Positions 12,101 through 24,100 of a stretch of DNA of 64,000 nucleotides are shown piece after piece. The notes below the pieces were generated by a model that saw only the letters and a list, made by a program, of their open reading frames with translations, was not told the DNA's origin and searched no databases. Both the position numbers and the translations under genes were made by a program. Numbering within the stretch: position 1 is the stretch's first letter; each line of letters opens with the position of its first letter. Source of the DNA: Hydrolagus colliei (lineage: Eukaryota). The stretch spans positions 8,060,001 to 8,124,000 of the forward strand of contig CM068748.1 in the NCBI GenBank assembly GCA_035084275.1, read 5' to 3'.

Positions 12101-15100
12101 CTGGCAAAAACAACAACACAATTACACTTGTATAGCGCCTTTCACATCAGGAGGACATCCCAAGGCGCTGGACAGTCATTGTTTCAGACCCGAGCTGGGA
12201 CAGGGAGGGTGGAGGGAAACGGGGGGATTTAGGGTGATTGATGGGACCGTCGAAGAGGAGGGTCTTGAGGTGGAACTCGTAGAATGCTAGGGAGGGGGCG
12301 AAGTGCAGGGACTGTGGGATAGAGTTCCAGAGGTTAGGGGCAGAATGGCTGAAGGCTCTCGCCCGCTGATGGTGGGGCGGGTGGGTCTGGGGACGTGGCT
12401 CCGGCCTGCTCCATGGCAAACACAGGACAACAATTCACTTTGTCATATCAGTTGTCTACATGAGACAAATAACTAGAAACTTGTTTTCACCTCAACAGGG
12501 ACCTTTTGCAGCAGCCTTCGCTTCCAGCAACCTCGGTGATGTATCATGTAATACACGGGGCCCTCACTGTGTAAACACTGGGGAATCATGTAACAATCTT
12601 GACAGTACCTGTCCTGTTGGAGGGGTAAGTATCTCTGAGCGCTAACAACAATTGTTCAGTCACAGTATGGATCAGAGCTCAATAAATAACTGAAACAATG
12701 AAACCACAGTCGACAACAGTGGCATCTGAGCGATATTAGAGCTGTGCAACCTCTACTGAAATAATCAAAGATGGAAACAGCTGTGTTGGCTTTGACAAAT
12801 TTTCTCTGATAACGTTATACCAGGTATAATAAAAATGATAGAACTTGCAACTTTTAGCACCATTTCATAGCCTTGATATGCCAATTCACTTTTTTTGAGA
12901 TGAAAGGCACTAATCATCAATTATTTGTATTGGATTCTGAATGTCTTTGAACCCGGTCCAATGACTGTATTTCTGAACAGTAATTTAGCATTGTGACAGC
13001 ATTACTGTCTCTCACACAAACACATCAGAAAATATATACTACACAATGGCTTGTAAAATATGAATCTTGCTGCAGTATTATGATATGTAGGAAATGAACA
13101 TATGAAAACGGACAAAATTGACTGATTCCTCAGGGAATTTCCTAATGTAGCAATGTCTATTCACATACCGATGCTGTAAATTTACTTTTAACTTGAGTGT
13201 TCCTTTGCCCTACTCACACTATATGATCTCAAAATAAGTCAACTGATAATAATAAGGAATGATCACTCTTTTGAAACCAATCCGCTTGTTTTTTATTATT
13301 AAATACTTTGGTATACGCTAATGGAACTTGGTTTTGTCCTGATGTCATGCATTGAACTTTCTAAAATGTTGCAGGCTTCGATGTGCATGTCTTCAGGCCC
13401 TGGGAAAGACATGTTTGAAAGCACTGCAATTATTGGACAGAATATCTTCAACAAAGCAAAGGTAAAATGAAATCTGTCTTATTTAGCACTCTTACAGCTA
13501 AATTGAGTTACTTTTAGGTTCCTCCTGCTCACCTTTGGTTCCACTAGACATTGTTTCTAAGGCTCCAGCCGTGTTTTAATCTTTTGAATCGTTTCTCAAT
13601 TCCTTGCCTTTTGACGTAACAAATGGAACATTTTTTTTTATCGGTGGAAATAGATATGCTTTGTTTTATGGAACCTTGCAAAAATGACAAATAGCACTGT
13701 TTACCAGTTTTTATATTTTTATTAAAGGCATTACTAAATGGTTTGAAACCCAGCAGACGGTGTAGCCTGGTTACAATGCGCTTCTTAATAATTGTTTTAT
13801 TTTCAGGAATTGTCCAGAACAGCAACCAGGGAGATCAAAGGCCCAATCAACTTTGCACATAAGTGGGTTAACATGACAGATGTTTCCGTCCAATTCAATT
13901 CAACACACACAGTGAGTGTTCACACTTGAATGCTTTTATTGTGTGGGTATTCATGAATTTTAAGAGATACTTGCAGTATGACTTAATAATCACCCTCTCC
14001 TTTACAATATTCCTCAGTCATTCAAAACTATCAAAGCCAAAAATTAGTTTATCATTTTATTGTGGGACACTGCTGGCACAAATTAACTGCTACATTTGTT
14101 TGTATAACAGTAATCACTGCATTTATAATACCTCATTGTGTGAAGGGCTATGATTTGTTTCAATGTGCTTGGAGCCAAATCAAATGGAAGTAATATTAAT
14201 AAACCTACAAATAGATTTTAATTAACCCCATTCAGATCTATCCAATCTCCTGTGGAGTAACATCAATATGACTATAGTACTTATACTATAATAGTCTATA
14301 ATAACAGACACTAAAACTTAATGTTTCACGTTTAGAGTATGTTACTTATAGACCAGGGAATAATGGGGTTCTAAACTACATTTCATTCATGACTTTATTA
14401 ATAATAATCCTTGCATTTGATATAGCTTCTTTCATATTAGAAGGATATCTCAAAGTGCTTCACTTTACTGTATTTTGTAGGTGAAAGGGACAATCAATTT
14501 GCACACAGTATTGTCTTGCAAACAGTAACAAATTCTATCGGGGGATTATTGGCCGGGACCCTGGGAGAAAATCCCTTCTCTTTTCAAATTGTTCCATGGG
14601 ATCTTTATTATCCACCCGAACAGGCAGGACAATAATGCAGAGTTCCCCCAATACTGCATTGGAGTGTCAACCTAAACTTTATAAATCCAAAGTTCTGAAA
14701 TGGGTCTTGAACCCACAGCCTTCAGGTTCAGAGGTGAAAGACCTATCAAATGAGCCAAGCTGACATGTAGGAGAACAAAACATCTTTTGAGCACTGGGGA
14801 TGTAAGTGGCTATATTTTCCCCCCAATCATTAGACGACATACAGTACTGTACTGTGAAAATGAGTTTACTATTTAGAGGTTGATATTGGCTTGAGGATCC
14901 TTGTTAATCTGAACCTCTCTCATGTCCCAAATTGCAGGGAAGGACATGCAAGCCTGCTCTTGGGCACAGTTTTGCGGCTGGTACAACGGATGGAGTGGGA
15001 GCCTTTAACTTTACACAGGGTAAGTCTGGCACGGAAGTGAAAGCTGCATTCCCTTTCAAACTAGAACAACAAATTTGTGTTTCCGCTGCCCTCCTCCTCC

Positions 15101-18100
15101 TCCTCCTCCTCCTCCTCCTCCTCCTCCTCCTCCTCCTCCTCCATACCCCAAAGTTTTATTTATTTAATACTTTGCCAAATTTGCAACAATATTAGAAATG
15201 TCTTCATCAGAGGCTGAAGGTATTGTTTTGTACCGAATTGACTGAATGTGTTTATAGGATCTGTGGAAGGAGACCCATTTTGGGATGCTATCCGTGACAT
15301 GTTGTTAGGAAAACCATCTAGTGAAATCCAGGAATGCCAACATCCCAAACCAATCCTTTTCAGCACTGGGGAAGTAAGTTTTTTAAAAAAATATTAGACT
15401 GCATATTCTGAAGATCAGTTAATAATGTGGGATTTGGTGTTCTGTAAGGATGAAGTGAAAAGCCTTTTTAATCTGAATCTCTCGTGATCTTGTGATATTT
15501 TATGAGGCTGAAGAGAAGCCAATACATCCAAAATAGCAACCCATAAACAAGTAGTTGAACAAAAGTGCTTTGTATCTGTACTTTGACATCATTAAAGATA
15601 TCACATTCCTTAATTGTATGAAAAGCTGTGGAAATAGATACGTATCTCATTCTGGACTTTGTAATCATAAATCTAATACCATTCAAAGGCTCTCAATGCA
15701 AACAGAAAATCATAGAAGTATTTTTGACTTCCTGCAAGAAATATTGCATGCAACTGTTTCCTGTAGGATTTGATTGGACCTTGCAAGAGAAGTGTTCTAG
15801 TAAGTATAGAAGTATATATATAGAAGTATATGTAGAAGTATAGAAGTATTCTAATAATGCAAGAATTCTTAACTCGAGTTAATAACTTAACTCGGGATAT
15901 ATTTGACATTTAAAAGTATATGTTCCTGTAAATCCTATACATCAAGATTTTTAGTGCAATTTTTTAGAAACATTAATATGTTTAAAAAAAATTATTTAAC
16001 ATTAATGTAATGGGATCATTACTTCAAAATCTGAAATCGTAACAAATTCCAGTCATTTTATTCCACTTTATCCCAGGCTCTCCTAATCATCAAACCTGGC
16101 ATATCTCTCCATCTATTTGCAGAACTATATTATTTCAGAGCACATATTCCTATTGAAAGTTTTAAATCCAATGGAACTTTGAAGGAAAGTTCAGTCATCA
16201 AACTGTACAAAGCAACAGACACTGAGAGTTAGCATTTTTTTCTCTTTGTATGCCCATCCCATTTTCTTCCTTCCATTTTTCATATCCTATTCCAATACCT
16301 ACTTTCCACCAGACAGAGCCATTCATAACTATTGTTGAATGTGCTATGAATTGATGGATCGAGAGATCGAATGTTCTCATATTGAATAGGAATATGTGCT
16401 CTGAAATAGTATAGTTCTGGAAATAGATGGAGAGATATGCCAAGTTTGATGATTAGGAGAGGTTGGGATAAAGTGGAATAAAATGACTGGAATTTGGGAC
16501 CAAGTATCCCTTTTTTTTATTGAAGTATGGGACAACCAAATACTGTATACATGATTTTAGTGTTTGTGAAGCAACAATGATTATTTGAGCTCAGTTGCTC
16601 TCTAATGTTGAATTATTCTTCTCTGCGTTTAAAACATCAGAGAGGATTTTAAACTTCATTCGTTAAAGAACTTCATCACAAAATACTATTTCCTTGTCTT
16701 TTCAGATGACAAAACCTCTTCCTTGGCATCCTGAAATTGTAGACGTACAAATTCTTACCATTGGGACATTGGCAATTGCAGCCGTTCCAGGAGAGTTCAC
16801 GTAGGTGCTTGCAAAATGTTTATGTACTACAATAGAATAAGATTATGTTATCCACTGTAATTTAATTCTTTATGAGAGCATTCTACTCCAGTTACTGTTG
16901 TAATACTGATCTATTCTGCAATGTGTTGAAATCTGATATATAGGGTTACAAACAATCTCACAATCTCTTCTTGCACAAGAGACTGATTTACTCAAGGTTC
17001 TGTTCTGTATAAGACAAATTATCAATGGTCAGAAGCTAACAATACATGGTGGAATATCATTTATATTAGATGCCTCAGAGATGTGATAATGCGCTCCATT
17101 AAATACAAGAATTATTATTATCACATACAGAGAGGCTTTTATTAGCTATGAAGAAAACCAAATCAGCTGATTGAAGATTTTGATTTAAAATATTTACTAC
17201 AGCTCTTAAAGCCTCTAAAGTTCTCTCCTGATTTTCTTTTCCCAGTACGATGTCAGGACGAAGATTGAGAGAAGCTGTCAAGAGTGTGAGTTTTGAAACT
17301 TTATGATTTCAGAGATTCAAAATATGGATCTAAGAGGAGTCAGAACTAGCAGATAATGCTGCTCAGGATAATGTTTCATAATACAGATATTCAGTTTGGA
17401 AACATCAGGGAAATGATGCATAAAAACAAATCAGCAAAGATAATTACAAGCTAAAAGGTTTAGTGGAAGTTCCCAACCCAATACCTTTGCATTGTACAAT
17501 CTATTGCATAAGTTAACACAATACTGTATTTCCAACAGTACTTTTCTTCCTCTTCTGCATCAGGAACTTGAATCCACTGGGCTTTTGAAGGAGGTTGATG
17601 TCGTTGTTGCAGGATTGAGTAATGTTTACACCCATTATATTACTACATATGAAGAATATCAAGTAATTAAACAGTTTATGCTTTTTCATAGGATTCTTAT
17701 AGACGTGCAATTCATATCTACAGAGGGGTTAATGTCATAAGTCGGCAGAGATTCATACCACAAAATAATCAGTGGGACATGTATTGAGAGCATCAACATA
17801 ACTTCAATTTTTTTCTTGCTGCTCAGTGGTTAGAGCACTCGCCTTGCAAGCGAGAGACTTGGGTTCAATTCCAATTGAGGCACAACTTTGGGCAAGTTTG
17901 CTTACTCCACATGCCTAATAATAATCCCTCCGAAAAAAATTGGTAATTTCAATTCATGACTGTTTGTGGGACACTGTTTCATGCAATTCATGGCTGCCGC
18001 GTTTTGCCCACAAAAAATACAGTCACTTTACAGTATATTCCGTGAAGCGCTTTGAGATGTCTAGAAGACGTGAAAAGCGCTATATCAAATGCTATTATTA

Positions 18101-21100
18101 TTTTACATTTTACTTATTAATAATACTGTTAGCTATATTCCTTGTGAATTGAGAATTGATTCACAAATTAATGAGAAATTGTTGACTGTATGCAAGATTG
18201 GCCTCATAAATTGTGTTTAGAACATGGTGTTCGGGTTAATGGCATTAATGTTCCTACTAAATTATACAATTCATTGTATGTTTTAACGAAAATGTAATAC
18301 GTTTTTAAAGTTAGATGATCAGATCTTTAACTGTTATTTTTTTCTCAAATAGATTCAACGCTATGAGGCAGCATCAACAATATATGGTCCTCACACTCTC
18401 TCAGCCTACATACAGGAGTTTAGAAGTCTGGCTAAGGCCATTGCAGAGGTGAGTTTAAACATATTGTTACTTTCATTTGTAAAGCTGGTTAGAAAATCTC
18501 AAGATAAATCCATGATGGCATAACGCTATCAGCCAGTACTTAGGAACATCACAGATAACATAGGATTGAGGTAGGCCATTTGGCCCATCGAGCTTGAATC
18601 ACTACTTTTGAAGATCATGGCTGATCCACAAACTATTTAGTGGATGAATTTGAACAACAATGGAATTTCTTTCAACTATTTATTTTTCCATATTAAGCAA
18701 TATAATCATAGCAACATGAAACTTTGCTTCGATCTTCCTTATGGTTTCATAATAAATTATTATATTTTAGCTAACATACTGGAGCCTTGTCACAAAGTGC
18801 TTCATTATAGCATGAATTTAATTGTAACGTAGTTGCACTGTTCACCATATTATTTTTAGTGATTCCCTGACCTAGACTTGTTCCCCACAAGGTTCTGATT
18901 AATCTGTTCCTAATTCACAAATGGCACAATTCATACTCTCACATTTTCAGGCAATATGTTAGTTAAGAAATACATAAGCTTCTTTCAGGGGTTATACACA
19001 TCCTGTCTGGCTGACCTACATTAACCGTTTTTTTTTAGCATTTTTTAGGCAAGAAGTACCATTGGATTTTGATTATTTTCTTTTTTTGTGAAATTAACCT
19101 GAGCAAGGTTGTTTAATTACTTCGATTAAAATACATCAATGTTTTATGAAACCTTACCAAATAGCCTCAGAACTGCTGTCTCTTAATTTATTCCACTTAT
19201 TATTTTACACAGAAGCTAAACAAATAGAATTAGATTCATTCTTAAAAGAGATTGGATTGCAAATTCTTACCATACTTCTTGTAACCCATCACTCTTTACT
19301 GATGTTCCAGAATACTGTTGATCAGTTGCCTAAAGGTCCTGAACCACCTAATTTTCCTGACAAGGATCTGATCTCATTGCTGCCCAATAATCCTGTTGAT
19401 AAGAAACCGATCAACACAACATTTGGTGATACGATAGAGGATGTACAAGGAACATACAGACCGGTAAGGGAAACATGTTATTCACATCGTCTGCAACATA
19501 GATCTCATCTTCTTTTTGTTCTTTTTAATTTGCAAATATAACCATTACTATTTATAATAATTGTATAAATCCCCCTCTCTTAAGTTTCCCTCTGATATTC
19601 TCTGCCGAACTCTCCTCTTTTAAATACAAAGGCTCAGTTCTGTAAGGACAAGCTATCTCATCAAAGTAGCCATTCTTCACATCTACGTTTGAAATAAATG
19701 TTGGTGTACTAGTGTATTTCAATGGTGGAGTAAATTGACTAATGAGCTTGACTCTTTGCCTATATTACAGCACTTGCAAATTTCCTGTGGGGTCATTAGA
19801 GAGTCATTAGGTGAAGGTGTCTTAGTGAAAGTGTTCCCCCTCGTCTTGGGTAATGACTGAGAACAATGTGCTATAGCACCCTCATCTGGCTACAGTTGGT
19901 TATAGTTAACTTAGTACAGAGAAGGCTTTGGAGTTGGATTGAAATGCCCAGCTACTTAACACTTGATATACTGGGTATGTACCCACTAAATCTTTGGGTG
20001 AACAGTTTTATTTTCCCCAAGAGGTGATTTAATGAGTATGTTATGGGAGGTTAGACTACATAATTAAAAATGATATATTATGTAGCATCATCCCAAAGCA
20101 GTCCAGCAGTTGAGGCTTACAATTCAAGGCTAGCTTTCTGCTTAGAGTTCATATAAGCTGGGCGGTTTGTGTGTTCCTTTTATAGGCATGTGGTTGAGTG
20201 TCCTTGAGACTTTTGAAGATAAGGGATGCTTAGGCCTACATGGAACAACTACATTGTTGTTTGTTGGTAATTAAAAGGATATTTGTGCTGTAGACTTTGA
20301 CCTGAAGGACATCAGGGCTCCAAGTACTGTAATATGATTAAATTCTGTTGACAAAATATTTTGCTCATTTAACAGTTTTACGAAAATCTTTTAAATTTCC
20401 CATTTAAAAAAATAAGATGAATGCCAGAAAGAAGAACAGAAAAATGATAGATATGGAATTGCTGACCAGTACGGCTAGACAAGGAGAGAAGAAATACAAA
20501 GGAATATGAACATTTAAATACATTGAAGATTTGAATATGAAGCAATTCTGTAGATCAAGTCTCATTTAATACATACTTATAATATTACAAACTACCATAT
20601 AACACAACTAAATATATGCACATTTCTAACAGGTAGCATCAGACAATTCAGAAGCAAAAGTTTGAGTACTTACCCAAACTAAACACATGATTTAAATTAA
20701 GCTCCTTATGAATCATTTAACCGAGGTCCCTTCTGGCTGTTCAGATGGAAGTTAAAGATCATATGGCACCATTCAATTGTTTCCATTAGTGTTCTGGCCA
20801 ATGAACCTCCGCCAACATTGGTTCCTGTGTATTTTTGGAGTATTGCTGTGTGGGAATTAGCTGCTGTGTTTCGCTCCAAGTAAACAGATACCACACTTGC
20901 CACAATTACCTGCAAAGTGCTTTGCTTGCATTCAGATATAATTAAACGCTATATCAAAGATAAGGACTATATTATACTTGACAATTAGTGCTTCGTACAT
21001 AAATTTAGAGGTGATATTTCCAGATTTTACTCATGCAGATTAGCTCCTGGTCAAGATTACGAAGGAATCATTCAGTGACCACTTTTCAACCAGTTTCCAT

Positions 21101-24100
21101 GTGATTGACGCGGATAGTAATGTTTTCTTCCACTAAATTTGGTTTTACTGCTTATTCCCAACAATTTTCCCCACTTCATCAGGTGCCATGCAACATAAAG
21201 TTTGCTGCAGGTTCTCTAGCAGATATAAACATTTTAATATATTGCACACACAGCGCCTATAAGTATGCTGTGGCTGCATTAAATGAACTGTTTCTATCGT
21301 ATGAATTTATAATTACTTAAACAGGCTTGTTCTTTTGCTTCAGGGTGCATTTATGTTTCATTGATCAAGTAATTTAAAATGTGGCTTTTAGATTAGCAAA
21401 CATACAATCAATAGAGTAGTTATTTAGTTTAGTATATTGTAATACTGTAGCTTAGTTTAATATAGATCAATCTATGGATTGACTGAACACTTTCTGCCAG
21501 CTGATTGTTACACTTCATGTTGTCAGTAAGACTATTGAATTTATTTATAAAATATTATTCGTAACACATATAAAACAGACCTGGACAAATTGTGAATGCA
21601 TAATATGATCTTTTTTTTTAGGGAGATATTGCAGAAGTGACATTTTTGAGTGGAAATCCCAGGAATTCTGTGACATATATGGTGAGTCACCTTTGAATTT
21701 TTCCCATTGTCTTGGCCACCAATCCACCAGATAAAACTGATCCTTCACTTCATGGCTGTTTAGAATCATTATTGTTGTGTTTGCCTACAAAATACATTCA
21801 GTGTATTTGGCCCAAAAAAACTTTGTATTGTGCTTGAGATGGTACAATCTTTCACTCTCTCTCTCTTTCCTTAACCTTGAACATTTGCCCACTTATTTGT
21901 GTGTGTTTTCCTGGTATACCAGTAAATAACATTTAAACAAGGTGGTGCGAGTTTAGGCAGGTGAAAATGTTTGTGGACAGTGAGACCATGTACATTTCTA
22001 ATCTAGTGACTGAATAGAACATAAATTTAAAATATTATCAGTCTTTAACCAATAAAATCTGAACTCAAAATCTTTACTGTTCTGGTTGTTTTATTCTTTT
22101 CTAGTCTGGGCACAATTTGCAAGATCAAAAGAGAGTCTATTGTGGCCGAAACTCCTCAATTCCATGTGAATGCTAATCTCAATTTTGACTTCTATGAAAT
22201 CAGTGTCTAAAGTTTGCTTTTTACTCATCCATTGTCAAATGTTGCCAATTAGCCACCAATATCAATTAGAATTTTTTTGGCAAGTGAAAATAACAATACT
22301 TGCATTTCATATAACACTTTTCGTATCTTCTAGATGTCTCAAAGTGCTTCATCGAATACGCTGTAAATTGAATTGACTGTATATTTGTAGACGAAATGCG
22401 GCAGCCAATTGTTCACAGCAGTGTCCCACAAGCAGTTGCGGATTGAAATGATCAATGTATTATTGTTTTTTTGAAGGATTAGTATTAGGCATATGGAGTA
22501 AGAAAACTTGCCCAAGGTTTTGCCCTGCTGCGAATTAAACCCAGTTTTTATTTCAGATTTTCAACATCTGCAGTATTTTGCAAAATGCGCAAGAATTATA
22601 TTTCTATGATTGTGCCTCAAACTCAGTTTGCTCTGCAGTGAATGAATAACTGAAGTTGAATGAATGAATAACTAAACCTCCCGACGTGAAAGGCGCTCTA
22701 TAAATGTAATTTTGTTGTTGTTGTAGTTAGTAATTCAAATTAAAAGTAGTTTAAAATAGAAAGCATATCTCAGGCAAGGTAATTAAGCATTACGAGACTC
22801 CACCCGTCATGAAGGGTGCTATATAAATACAAGTTGTTCTTGTAGTTCACATTCATAAACCTTTTTATGACTTCAGTCATTAGAAACCAATTTTTAATTT
22901 GATAAATATGATTATGAATGAAAAATAATGTTGTCAATGTTGTAACAGTTCTGTGAGTATAAGTAACAATAAACCAATACCAGATTTATTGCAGCATATA
23001 TTACTGAGATTTTGTTGATCAAATTGTAACTCCCCATGACATTTAATAGTTTAAAGTTGCTCTACACGTTTGAGTTATTTTCATATTGTGGAACAATGGA
23101 TCTGTTTCAGGCTGATGGAACATTTCTAACAGTAGAAAAATACAACAATGCTACTGGCAACTGGAACATAATGTTCAATGATGCTTCTTGGGAGACAAGG
23201 TAAGTTTCTTATTTATTAGTTACCGCAAGACTATTAAACCTTTACAAGGCACTTTTCTTAAATTGCCCAGTGGTTCACAGAAGTTCAATATGCTTCATTT
23301 AGTTTGATGACATTTTATGACATTGTGTATTCAATTGGCTCAAAACAAAATCCAAAGGTTGGCTGTAACAGTTCTGTAAATGATTATTCACAGGTTGTGT
23401 AAATTAAGGAAATGGTTGACGCTGGGCTTTCACTTCTCTTCAAAAGGAGCACCTTATAAATGTGTGATGCACTAAACAGGCATCCTGACATAACACTGAA
23501 CTGATATAAAACTAGCTGAATAAGTTCAGGATAATTGGAGCTTTCAGATAAAAACTCATGAGTTGGGTTGGGGGGAGATGCTTCACAGCTTATGCAGTTT
23601 GGATTTTCATGGGCAATTTGAGATTACTTTGGGTGAGGTGAAAGGTGATCGCGGGCAATGTTATTCTGTTTCTGTTCAGCTCAATCAAGTTACACTGTGA
23701 GAAATGACTTGCGTCGTTAAACAAATCCATTCTATATGCATTGGGAAAAATAACATTCTAAATCCAGGGAGGCTTATATTTCTGGAATAGTTAAGTGTAG
23801 AACATTTTTGCAGAAGAGTGTTCAAAGTCCAGAGTTACTGCACTTTACAGTTAACAATAACAACAACGACACCACATTGTATTTATATAGCGCCTTCATA
23901 TTGGAAGAATGTCCCAAGGAACTGCGCTAAGTATTTCTAGAGGTAGTAATGGGGGACTTTGTAAACAGCTCATGATAAGTTCATTTGTATGTTCAGTTGC
24001 ACATGTAACTGCAGAATAGCCAGAGAAAATGGTATTGAGTCACAACTATTTCAGTCTCTGAATTCTACTGGTTCCTATGTTACTTATGAATGTAAAGCCT

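Noticed and set aside
15020-15195. Poly-Leu stretch in ORF 14932..15195 resembling a transmembrane segment
   Set aside because: It is the (CCT)n microsatellite inside an intron, past the gtaagt donor at 15020
15805-15850. Short repeated unit tagaagtata
   Set aside because: Simple minisatellite without unique spacers; not a CRISPR array, and the DNA is eukaryotic
17820-17885. tRNA-like sequences with A/B boxes and an anticodon arm (also at ~4800..4868, 11720..11790, 55511..55580, 63886..63923)
   Set aside because: Each runs into a SINE body or other repeat sequence, the anticodon varies between copies (TGC/TAC), and acceptor stems are degenerate. These are SINE heads, not tRNA genes.
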